Below are positions 38,161-49,616 of a stretch of DNA of 60,000 bases, in pieces (the stretch's first letter is position 1; every line of letters starts with the position of its first letter). Origin of the DNA: Callorhinchus milii (Eukaryota); the NCBI RefSeq assembly GCF_018977255.1, contig NW_024704742.1, forward strand, positions 3,164,001-3,224,000. Direction: 5' to 3'. The notes under the pieces are model-generated. The model saw only the letters and a list, made by a program, of their open reading frames with translations. It was not told the DNA's origin and made no database searches. The translations under genes and the position numbers were made by a program.

Positions 38161-40274
38161 AGATTCGTTCACTTTCAAGACCATTTTCAAGAGCAGTGGA
38201 TACGTCCGCGAGATGCTAAGGAAAATAATAACTTAGCCCGATTTTGCTTTCTTAGAAGAATGTTGGGAAGGCTACGAAAAAACACGTCAGATACAGTACG
38301 TTCTTGAAAAGGCAAAGCCCTGGTTCTTGACAGCTCGTTGGAAAGAAAGGTTCGCCACTTCCCTGAGTAGGTGTGTTTTATTCTACATGATGAGTTTCTC
38401 ACTGGCCTCAAATGCATCACATTTTACCTTAATACGAGCATTTGTCAAGATCTATTAGGGAAATCGATGACTGTTTCAGGATTAATGCAGATATAAACAG
38501 AAACAAGAAGGGAGATTTGCAAGAAAAGATTGGAGGGAACTGAGGATTTCTTCTGGCGGAGGCTATAATTCCACTTCTGTGATCTCTTTATTGATGAAGA
38601 ACATAAAGTGGTTCTGACAGTAAGTGGCAGTTATGAATGATGCATCCTTAAGGCAGATGTTCATTTTAGTTCAATATTTACTGACCCGCACACACTGTAC
38701 TTCCAAGGTTTTGAACTGGTTAGAGATCAAGGAAGATGGACGAAGCTGGTTTTAGGTCTCCCGTAAAGCGAAGCACTGGTGGCTGTCCGACCTGATTGAG
38801 CCAACAAAATTCCACGTGGTTCTTTCACACCACGGTCCGTGAATTCCACCCAATCTTAGCCTAACTCCACCTAATCTTAGCGAAACCATTTTGTCTTAAA
38901 ATATTTGCAGAATTTGCAAAACTGTTTAAATTCAGTTTCATTTGGAGATCGGTTATTTATTAAAGACGTTAGAGAAACGACTTCTGAGTTAAGACCAGAG
39001 TGAAGAATTTTCCACAACGTGTGTGTGATTTAACTTAAGACCAGAAGGTGACCAGAAAAGCTCAGGGGAATTTTGAGTTTCAGATTCATACCTGTCCTGT
39101 CGTGAGTGAAAAATGCAATAGAATATACATTTCTGGTTGTACTGACACACACGTTTAATCGGTTTACAAGTAAAATATAGGCTTAAAATTTCTCCTGGTC
39201 TCAGCCTACAAGAACACGTTCTATCTTAAAATTTTAAGAAAATGACGGAAAATGCAGTCTAAATTTTGGAAGCCCAATTGTTTCAGAACAACTGTGGAAA
39301 TTAAACCCAATTAAAACTACGCCTAAGAAATGTCCGCAGTCATGCACAATCTTGCATTTTAAGGCAGCACAATAGTCATGTCGGCTAAGACTGAGTGGAA
39401 TCCAGCCAATAATAATACGAACAATGGCTCTTACATTCGGTTTGGTGCCCTTCGCGTCAGGAGGACGTCCCCAAAGTTCTTCACGGAGTATACTGTAAAG
39501 CGGAGTGACTTGCGTTTTGTGGGCAAAGCAGCCAATCTGCGCCCAGCAACGTCCCCCGAATAATCCTGATCCCAAGGCCATTTTTTCAGTTGGGCTCGAG
39601 GAATACCTTGAGCAGAATAGTACTGTGTTCGCCCTGGACTTTCCTGGCCCTTTAACTTGGGAAAGAGCAGTTGACAGGATCCAGGGAGAACAGCAATAAC
39701 CTGTCTCTGGGTGACGTTTGCTTCGGTGCCGGAGGAAGGGACGCTGGAACTTAGTTCAGAACGATTCGCCATCCATCATACGGCAGAGGACGTAGTTTAG
39801 TAAATGTGTCCCTCTTAGGCGCTGATCCTTCTTGTGTAATTTTGCCTCACTAATGGGGTATGCAGTTTACATCAGTTCACTGTGTTTTTATGATGAAGCC
39901 ATTTTTCATGTTTACAGAGTAAAAAAGATGGATGACACAGGTTGCTCCACACGTTAATGCAGTCATTTATTGATTTAATTCATAAAACCTTCACGAAATT
40001 AGGAAAGAAAGCTGAGATATGCAGAAGGCCCTGTTTTTTTTCCTCTCAGCTTCCAGGCAATTACCCCACAAGATACATGACCCCTTTCAAAAGGGAAAGC
40101 CTTTTTTTTTTAACCTTTATTGTTTATCGCATAAAATCCGGCAACCAGTTCCCAGGCAGCCTGTTGGCGCGCAGATGTGCTGGGCTGCCTGTGAGTGTTA
40201 AGCTCGGGGTGGGCTGTGGTTGTGGCTGCGATCTCAGCAGTTTGAGTTCCCGATCTCTGACGGTACGTCGGTCG

Positions 40275-40535
40275 GAGGCAGCCAAGTTGCGCGCAGCAGT
40301 GTCCCACACGCAGTCAGTCACGGATTGAGTGACTGTTTTTTTTCCGAGGGACCGTTACCCCCGGAAAGCGATCCGCCAATCCACTAGCAACCCGGTTCCT
40401 GCTTGCTGCTAGGTAAACAGAGGCGTGTGTGTGGAGTAAGGAAACTTGTCTAAGGTTTCGTCCCGCCCGGGAATCGAACCCGGGTCCTCCCGCTCGCGAG
40501 GCAAGTGCTCTTAACCACGATGCTATGGGACTCCA
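40275..40535 (-). mobile_element. SINE subfamily B, 3'-truncated
   Basis: Reverse-complement head GGGAATCGAACCCGGGTCCTCCCGC...GCTATGGGACTCC. Confidence 0.85.
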
Positions 40536-40562
40536 CTTCTTTAAACAACAACAACTGATTGC

Positions 40563-40730
40563 ATATTATAATAATAATAATCCTTCCATTTGATAAAGCG
40601 CCCTTTCACTTCTTTGAGATGTCTCAAAGCCCTTCACAGAATATACCGTGAAGAGAATTGACTGTATATTTTTTGGGTGGATCACAGCAGCCAATTGCGC
40701 ACAGCGGAGTCCCACAAACAGTCGTGGATA
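40563..40730 (-). mobile_element. SINE 3' half
   Basis: (TAA)n-TCCTTCCATTTGATA...GCAGCCAATTGCGCACAGC. Confidence 0.85.
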
Positions 40731-41341
40731 TACATCGCGCCTTTCACCGCCGTAGCAAATGCAAGGATTGTTATATATCAATAGATCTTTAGCAGTGGGC
40801 ACGCAGTCAGCATTTCCCAACGGTTTAGAGAAATTCCGGGATGCTGGAATGTGCTGGTATCATTTGATACTGCCCTCAGCACACAGCAGAATGTGTTTGA
40901 TGCAGTACTGCGGAAATCATGCCAGGATCCGCCAGGACACGCTCAAAAGATGTTGGCTTGTCGCTGGATAACTGTGATACGGTTTTTTTCCGCTGTAGAT
41001 TTAACCCGAAACTACAGTGGTACAAACCTTTGACAACGGCATCAGACCCCAATCAATGCTAAGCCTCAGTCAATGGCAGATTTTATTTCCTGACTTTCCC
41101 CGAATTTACCCGTGGGTTTTTTTTTTTCCGTCGCTTCTTTTCCTTCGTTTTTTCTCCCCTCTTTTGATTACGAAATAGAGAGCTCAACATCCCTGTGCTC
41201 TCTCACCGAAAACAACACCGCTGATCAGCCACTGAGTTTGTCTAACGATCAAAAAATATCTTTGTATTTGATATAGTTCCTTTGATGTGGGGAGTACATC
41301 TCAAAGCTCAAAATCACTGCTTAGCTTAGACTCCTGTAACT

Positions 41342-41695
41342 TACAACAACAACTTGCACTTATATAGCTCCCTCCACGGAGAATAGCGCCTCAGAGCGCT
41401 CAACAGTGGCGGAGCCTGACTCCGAGCCAGTGGGCAGGGGGAGGTGGCTGTAAGCACGGTCGAAGAGGAAAGTTTTCAGGCGGGGCTTGAAAGAGGGCAG
41501 AGAGGGGCGCAAGGCAGAGGGATTGAGGAAGAGTATTCCAGAGTTTCGGGGCGTAGCGGCTGAAAGCGCGGCCTCCGATGGTGGAGCGGAGGGCGCGAGG
41601 GATGAGCAGGAGGCCGGTGCCAGTCGAGCGGAGGCCCTGGGTGGTGGATTGGGGAGTAAGGAGGTCGGAGAGGGAGGCAGGTGCCGGGGAGTGAA
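41342..41695 (-). mobile_element. L2 3' end
   Basis: Minus ORF PASLSDLLTP...LRSTGTGLLLIPR...IGGRAFSRYAPKLWNTLPQSL; (CAA)n tail at 41344. Confidence 0.88.
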
Positions 41696-41697
41696 CC

Positions 41698-42050
41698 ACT
41701 ATAGCTTAGTAGTTAGAGCGCTCGCCTTGCAAGCGAGAGGACCTGAGTTCGATTCTCGAGCAGGACTAAATGTTAGGCGCATTTCCTTACTCCACACGCC
41801 TCTGTTGAGCGACAAGAAGTTGGAACCCGGTTGTAAGTCGATTGGCAGATCGCTTTCCGGGGATTATCATCAGTTCAAAAAAAAATTCAGTCACTCAATC
41901 CACGACTATTTGTGGGACACTGCTGTGCACAATCGGCTGCCACGTTTCGCCCACGAAATACACAGTTAATTCGCTTTATTCTGTGAAACTTTGAGACATC
42001 TCAACAACACGATAAAGCCCTATATCAAATACAAGGATTATTATTATTAT
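41698..42050 (+). mobile_element. SINE subfamily B, full length
   Basis: Head TAGCTTAGTAGTTAGAGCGCTCGCCTTGCAAGCGAG, subfamily-B middle, (TTA)n tail. Confidence 0.88.
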
Positions 42051-43467
42051 TGGTACACCCGACCGACCTGCAGATGGGCTATATGATGCTAAAGGGGGCA
42101 AATGATATCGATAGAGGCAGAAATCACAGGCCTCCGATTGTTGATCACCAACAATTGGAGTGAGCGACCAGTGGCACAGAGGGAACACTGGACTCTTATC
42201 AAGATCTTATTGATTAATTTAGTGCCGGAGTCTACCCTTTCGGCTTCCAGAGCTACAGAAGTCGTTCAGCTGCTAAATAATGGGCGCTCAGAGCTCAGTT
42301 ACTTATAAAATGATCTCAGAGCTGCAAGCACAGAACCTCTGTGTTATAGCAATGTCATGTGGAGCTGGAGGGAGATGGTGGGGGGGGGGGCAGAGGGTGG
42401 GGGTGGGAAGAGAGGAAAAGGGTTGGACTGTGGCTAGTTAGCGTATGGGTCTGGACAGAATCCAAACACTGGTAGCAGGGGAAGGCAGGAGGAGTTAGCT
42501 CTTGTGTTTTCCCTGCTGCAGCTCAGTCCTGTTAACTGCTTAAGGTAAACGGGAGTGTGAGAATGAATTAAGATTTCAGGGCTCCGAAACCCTCGTCCGC
42601 ATGAGGGCAGCTGTTTTGGATACAAGTTGTTGTTGTCGGCGGCGGTGGTGTAACATTCCCCTAAATATACAAAAAAATTACGGTGTTCAAATTGTCTTTC
42701 AGGGGGTCAACAGTTGCAAGAGGCAATGCAGTACAATTTACATTTATGTAGCGTCATTCTCATCAGGAGGACATCTCGAAGTGTAAGGCACGAGTCCCAA
42801 AACCTTTGCTAAAATAGAAACAAAGTGAGTTTGGGGTTGTCTGGAGAGCCTTGTATCTCGAGACTGGCACGGAACGTGAACCGTTGTGTCTCCAGCTACA
42901 TTTACACCGCTTTTCCCCCAAAAAAGATCGCCGCTGTCAGCTTCAGTGGTTTTCTCATCCTGGCGTAGGCTGTCATGAGAATAAACTGGCACCTGTTGAC
43001 TTGTATGGTCTCCCAGGTTTTCCTCAGCCCCCTCCAAGGATAAGATGGAAGCCATCCTCCTTTGGCTTCCATTAACGTCTTCCTGCCTGCGGCTCTGACC
43101 TCCTTAACTTCTCCCGACCTGCCCCTGAGACTCACTGAACCTGTTCCACATCCTAGGGAGTCAGGTTTAATTCCCAGCTGTACTTCCTCCAGGCACAAGG
43201 TTGAGAGCGATCCGAATAATGTGAAAGAAATATCTCTAAATCTTCGCACTGTGAGCGCAACAAAAATGGGAAGGGTTTCAAGGTGTTTTGTTATTTTGGG
43301 GCCACATTTGAAACACTCGAATTGCACGTTAGGCTCATTCTATCTCCACTCCATCTCAAGCTTCTGAGAAAAATATTTTCCACAATTCTCTGCAAATACG
43401 ATGCCAACCAACATTTGAGCACCGGGCTCAGATAAGACAGGGAGGCTCGAGGGAAGGGGAAAAAAAC

Positions 43468-43835
43468 ATAATAATAGTAATAATAATCCTTGCATTTGAT
43501 ATAGCGCCTTATCCCATCTATGAGACGTCTCTAAGCGCTTCACAGAATACACTGCAAAGTGAACTGACTGTATAATTTGTGGGTGAAACGCAGCAGCCAA
43601 TTGCGCACAGCAGCGTCCCACAGACAGTCGTGGATGAAGTGACCAAATTATTTTTTCTTTAACTTTTTGAAGGGATTATTAACCTGGATAAAGCGATCCG
43701 CCAATCAACTAAAAAACAGGTTCCTACTTACTGCTAGGTAAACAGAGGCGTGTGGAATAACGTTTGGCCCTGCCAGGACTCGAACCCAGGTCACTCGCTT
43801 GCGAGGCGAGTGTCCAACCATTAAGCTACAGGACG
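43468..43835 (-). mobile_element. SINE subfamily B, full length
   Basis: (TAA)n tail through to head GGACTCGAACCCAGG...AAGCTACAGGAC. Confidence 0.88.
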
Positions 43836-44119
43836 CCGCATAGTTTGAAATGGTGAATGTTTTAGAGGATCCTTGCCAACTTGTGACTGGACATTGGAAT
43901 GTACTGATTTCATTTTATTTAAAAAAGAAAACTTCTCATAAAAGTGGAATAGGGCTGCTCTTGTACAAATGTTTTGTTGTTTTTGGCCTCCGTCCCTTGC
44001 TTCTGAAAAGCCAGATGAAGATTTGTAGTGTTTTGCTTTGAAAAGGAACAGCCGAACTCCCAAATGGCTCTGTTGGTGGAACCGCAGCCCAGGAGTGAAC
44101 TTGAAATGTGCGGAGTTGT

Positions 44120-44330
44120 GAAGTCCCGGGTTCAATCGCTTCTCAATGCTGAGTTAGCCGATCTCGGCTGAGGGGCGGCAAATTAAAGCACGTTGCATTT
44201 GGCCTCCTGACACCCCTGGGCAATAGAAGGAGAAAAAGCAGGAGTTCCATGCTTCCCATCGTTTCCAAAGAGCTATGTTGAAAAGTGTAGGTGTGTGGAC
44301 ATTGGGTGAGAATAAGGTCAAGCTTCACTG
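44120..44330 (+). mobile_element. Ancient SINE-like element, family Y
   Basis: B-box-like GGGTTCAATC followed by sequence shared with 37990-38160. Confidence 0.5.
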
Positions 44331-45114
44331 TACCTCAGCACAAGTCAATGCCTCTGGAATGTAGTGATGGGGGTTAGTGAGGAATGTATGACTGCAGAAA
44401 AAAGGCATAGTGTATATGTAAGTATGCCCGGCTGGCTCGCTCTCCTATCAGTCCTCTATCTCTCACCACAATACAGGAACTATTCAAAAGAGCAGTGCTA
44501 ACCCTGTCAAGTCTGCTCCAGGTGTCGGGTCTGCTCCAGGTAATGCCTTATGCCAGATAAAGGCTGTGATGAATAACGGCTCTGAGTTTGACTTCCATTC
44601 CTACAAAGCTCGAGGAGTTGGCAGTTACTTTGTAAAAATGCAACTCAATGCATCCCAGAGTGTGCTGGCTCTGACAGAAGCCAGATCTCTTTTTGAGGGG
44701 CAAACTGGTTGCAGCCAAGGATCTCTTCGAAATAGAAGAAATAGAAGCTTCTCAAACCTAAGATGAGTGCGGAAACAGTCCATCATCAGGAACCTTGTGG
44801 GTCTACGTTGACTTAGTGTTTCAGAGCGTGTAGAACGTGTCAACTTGTTGAATTTCGTCTGATCTTTGAAGAATTTGCAGAAAGTCAGAAGCTAAGTCTG
44901 TATTTTTCCCATAGCTTTCCTTCCCGCAGGCGAGCAGGAAGCAGTGAGGCCAACGACGGTCTTCTTCTCCCTGTGATGTTTTTTTCAGCGATGGTTAAAG
45001 ATTGACTGGGGCCTCGTTAAACAGTTTCTGGGCAGTGACCGCCTTGCACACTGTTAAATACACGTTCACCTCTCTCTGGCTTCGTAACCGTAACCTTAGT
45101 ATCAGTATCTTCTA

Positions 45115-45720
45115 TCAGCGCAAAACAGAGAGCAATAAAATTGTCAGCCGGGTGCCAGACACGTGCAGAAACCCGTCGCCGTGGCTTAAGAATATCCCAA
45201 CCAAGTCTGAGAGATCCATGCATCCCGCACATGGAATGCAAGGAATTCCCATGTATCGGAATAGAATGTACGCTCTCTTCGAAGGCAACACCTCCTGTTT
45301 ACCTAATTCGGAGAGCAATGGGTGCAGGTTAACGAGATCCAAGGCTTGGGAACCCCAGATTCTGGTGTCACTGCTGGGAGTTTAACCAGCTAACACCAAA
45401 TAGCTCGCCGGCGAAAGCACTATTCTGGCAAGCTTTTCCTTGCGGCTTGTCCAGCAGGAACCTCGCTAGTAGCTAGAGCTCTGGCTTGTAGGGTTAGAAG
45501 GGGCTGAGTGGGAGGATTCCCTACCCCCCCCCCAGTAACTGGTCTGCCCTTCCAAATTCTGACGACGCGCCAGGCTGACTGGACTGTCATCAGCAATGCC
45601 CTGGAATACCTCGGAAACCGTCTGGCCGAGGAACACGGCCACAGAGGGTGGATTCAGTTCTGACATTCCGTTGCCCAACATGTCTCCTTGGAGCCAGTTC
45701 AGCTCCAGATGGATCTTGCC
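45115..45720 (+). repeat. Unclassified interspersed repeat (family X), longest copy
   Basis: Overlaps in sequence with 270-480, 2180-2420 and 47690-47995. Confidence 0.6.
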
Positions 45721-46185
45721 AATCCCTCCTCCAAGAAGGGGATGAATGAAAAATAATAATGAATAATAATCCTGACATTTGATATAGCACCTGTACTGTG
45801 GGAGGACGTCTCCGAGTGCTGCACATGATATGCCGTAAAGTGAAGTGACTATTAATTCTCTAGGCAAATGCAACAGCCAAATTGTGCGCATTTCAACATC
45901 CCCCAAGCAGCCATAAAAGTGAATAACCAATTTTACCGGGGTGATTGTCGATCAGGACACTGGGAGAAACTCCCTTCTCTTTTGATCACATCTTTGCGAT
46001 GTGTATTGGTTCTGTTTTCAATTAATATGCTAATTTTTAGTATGTGGCAAACTTGCTTCTATGTCGTTGGCCACCAAGTTAATTTAGTAAGTACCATGCT
46101 AATTCATATTTGGAAGCATGATTGTGCCTTCTTCCTGAGGCCTTCAGACATTTGGCACAAATATTAATATGTAATAACCTCACAG

Positions 46186-46474
46186 GAGTCCTGTAGTGTA
46201 GTGGTTAACGCACTCGTCTCGCAAGCGAGAGGACCCGGGTTCAATTCCCAGGCGGGGCGAAACCTTAGGCAAGTTTCCTTACTCCACACACACCTCTGTT
46301 ACCTAGCAGTAAGTAGAAACCCAGTTGCTAGTCGATTGGCAGATCGCTTTCAGTGTAATAATCCCTCAAAAATAATCGATCAGTCAATCCACTTTGCAAT
46401 GTATTCTGTGAAGCGCTTTGAGACATCTCAACGACGTGATAAGGCACTACATCAAATGCAAGGATAATTATTAT
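46186..46474 (+). mobile_element. SINE subfamily B with internal deletion
   Basis: GGAGTCCTGTAGTGTAGTGGTTAA...GGGTTCAATTCC head, B middle, tail; lacks the ~70-bp GGTCA..CCACAAA block. Confidence 0.88.
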
Positions 46475-47689
46475 CCAGATATTAGGTTGAGCTCAGGATC
46501 TTTTGAGAAGGCTTGTGATGGATTGGTTGTGCTAACATTTCTGCTGTTGACATTTAAGTTTTGAAGCAGCTGCTTCTGAATATTGCGCTCTGCATCCCAT
46601 TGGCTTTTTCTAACACTTGGGGAGAGTTACATTGAAATACTCACCTTTTTGACGTGAGGGATCAAAGCGTTATATACTTTGCTGATCTACAATGTTATGC
46701 ACATTATATCCCCTGAAACACACTTTCAAAGACTGGATAGAATGGGACCCCCCACCCCCACACTAGCAATGCCAACCACAAAGCAGTGAGTTTTAAGCTT
46801 GTAAGATATGAAAAAAGGTACAAATCTATGAGTTTACCTCTTAAGGTTTAGCAGGTTTACGTTGTCAGCTTGTGCAATGATCGCTTTCACATCAATTCAC
46901 TGTGAGCTAAACGTACAAGCTTAGCGAAAGATTGCCTTCTCACTTAACCAAGGGCACGCAATCTAATATCTAATATCCTAGAATGGAGCAATGGTTTATA
47001 TTCGGGGCGGAGGGCGAGTGGGATGTCTTTTAGTGATCTCTCGCCGAAAGCAGAGGCAGAACACATTGGCAGAAAACCACAGGCACAAACCATTCCTTGT
47101 AAATGTTGTTTACGGATGCGATATAAAATGTTCATTGGAATTCTTTTAAGTTTAAAGCAGTGGAAGGGGACGTGGGGGGGGTGGGGGGGACATTAAAAGC
47201 CAGAGGCCTTTGATTTATGCTCAGTGATAAGGGGGAGTGTGAGCTGTGCTTTCACAGGCTCCCGTCAGCGCAGCTTCTCTGAGTGACGGAGTGAGAGGAG
47301 ATTAGGTGGCTCTCTGCTATCAGTTCAGACAGACCAAGTGCCTCCCTCTGGTATTTTATCAGCACTTCAGCAGGGAGTGGCCGCTTCTGATGTGCCCTCA
47401 CTTTGTTTGCTGCTGCCTTAAATGATCTGCTTGGAGAGAAAATTATTTTCCGACGGTTAAAAAGGAGGAAAGGGGAGGGAGGGAGGGAATAAATGCTTGC
47501 TGTTCAGTGCTTGTGACAGATATATATGCTGTGATTAAAATTTACAGTGTTAGTATTGAGCTCTCAACCGTTTATTTTGGAGTTGGAAAGTCTGTACCGT
47601 AACACTTTAATGTGGCAATTTAGAAGCTTGAGTGCCAGTCTTACCAGGGATATTGGCTCTCAGGTAAGCATTTCTTTGATGAGCTGGGG

Positions 47690-47995
47690 TTTCTGACATA
47701 CGGGGAAACCCATCACCATGCTTAAGAGTATCCAAACCAGACTGAGTATCCCGTGCATCCCACCTCCACGTGAGCATTCCCGTCGCTGCTTAACTAATCC
47801 CAGAGAGTATGGGGTGCAAGAGCGAAGGCTTAGGGACCCCAGAGTGCGCGTTCGGGTACTGGCGCTGTTTAATCAGCTACCAATAGCATAACTTGCCGTG
47901 GAGAGGACTGTCTGGCGAGATATCTGCTGCTGTCAGTCTAGCTCGTACCACCCTACCCATCAGGGCTTTAGCTTGCAGGGTTAACAGGACCTGAA
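47690..47995 (+). repeat. Unclassified interspersed repeat, fragment (family X)
   Basis: GGAAACCCATCACCATGCTTAAGAGTATCC...GTTTAATCAGCTA...GCTTGCAGGGTTAACAG. Confidence 0.6.
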
Positions 47996-49290
47996 ATGGG
48001 AATAAATAAATAAGCTGCAGTGTCCAGTCACCGAACCAGGCTTACTCCACACTTCTAGTGTTCCTCTTTTCCTTGTGTTGAACCTCAGGACTTCTAGCTT
48101 CAGCTCATGCGTAGCGCGCGGCGGTGAAAATGCAAACATAACTTAATTGAGCCATTGGGGGAACGTTTCATTCCATATCTTTACAGCCAAGCAGCAAGGT
48201 GTAGTGGGTGAAGATACCGGAGTCACAGTCTGGATTTGCAGGGATCCTAAACGCTCCATTGCCAGGAGCATTCAACCATGGGAATGTGGGGTTTGCCATA
48301 ATACAGGCACCAGGAGTTCATGCCTCTGTAAAACCAACCCTCGTTGATAGATACTGTTCATGCTATCACCAAATTCAGTGTGTGTGCACGGCATGAATTT
48401 GCTTCAGCAGACACATTCTTGTCGGTCGTTAGCCCCTAAAGTGCGCCCTAATGCTGAGACTTTGCTCAGTGTTGCCTACGTACTCCGCAACACGAGCAAA
48501 CCTGGAGTCTTTTTCTTTCTCCAACTTTCACCGCTCTCTCCCCGGAGCAATTATGAGCTGCAAGTTTGCTTTGCCGTTGTTTCTTCGTTGCAAAGGTCTG
48601 GTAAAAACGCCCTGCTCTACAGCCTGGCAGGGTGAGCACCTGCACCACTGCCTCGCGCTGCCGACCTCGGGGACTTCTGCTGCAGTTTAACTTGTCTTAA
48701 TAATTAATGAACCAAAAGGCAGGGAACCCAGCATTCGAAGGCAGGGCCTCTCGTTGTAGATTCCCTGGATTTTCCTGCTTTTCCAGAGTGCAAAGAAACC
48801 TTGTATCACCTCACCACTTATTGACTGATTTCACTTTCCCGTCTATCCTTTCAACCTTTGGTGGTATCCTCTTTACCTACTTGTCGGGGGTTGGTGGGGT
48901 GGTGGGGGGCAGAAATATTTTTTAAAAAAAGCTTGTGAATAGTCTTTTGAGGTTTAAAGAGAAATGACTTTGTTGCAGGTTCAACCCCCAAACCCACCAC
49001 CTCCCCCCCCCCCACCCCACCCCATCGCAACTTGAGCTCCCAGTAATGGGCTGACAATCCAACGCAGTGTTGGGGCAATGCCGTATTGTACAATCTCAAT
49101 CTATGACCGTTTGTGGGGCACTGCTGTGTTTTCGCCCACAAAATGCACGGTTATTCCAGGCGTCATATCAAATGCAATAATTATCATTATTACTTACAGG
49201 GCGGGAAGCGGAGATCCGACATGAATTCTGAAGTTGGCTTTTGTTCCGGTAAAAAAAATAATTGAAAGTCTTAATAACCTCAATTATTGT

Positions 49291-49616
49291 GGAGTCCTGT
49301 AGCTCAGTGGTTAGAGCACTCGCTTTGCAAGTGAGAGACCTGAGTTCAATTCCAGGCAGAGGGCGAAACCTTGGGCAAGTTTCCTTACTCCACACAGAGC
49401 CTAATAATAATCCCTCCAAAACCAAAAACAATAATAAATTGGTCATTTTCAATCTACGACTGTTTGTGGGACATTGCTGTGCGCAATTGGCCGCCGCGTT
49501 CGCCCACAAACATACAGTCAATTCACTTTACAGTGTGTTCTGTGAAGCGCTTTGGGACGTCCTCCCGACGTGAAAAGCGCTATATCAAATGCAAGGATTA
49601 TTATTATTATTATTAT
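49291..49616 (+). mobile_element. Young full-length tRNA-derived SINE, subfamily A
   Basis: About 7 substitutions by eye versus 12859-13189. Confidence 0.93.

Noticed and set aside
44900..44980. Strong-looking acceptor TTTCCTTCCCGCAG|G as candidate exon 2
   Set aside because: Phase-1 reading GEQEAVRPTTVFFSL* stops after 15 codons, has no UNC5 Ig motif and no good donor.
46173..49290. TAATAACCTCA just upstream of two SINE insertions (46174 and 49272) as a target-site motif
   Set aside because: Different spacing to the SINE start and absent at other copies; likely chance.
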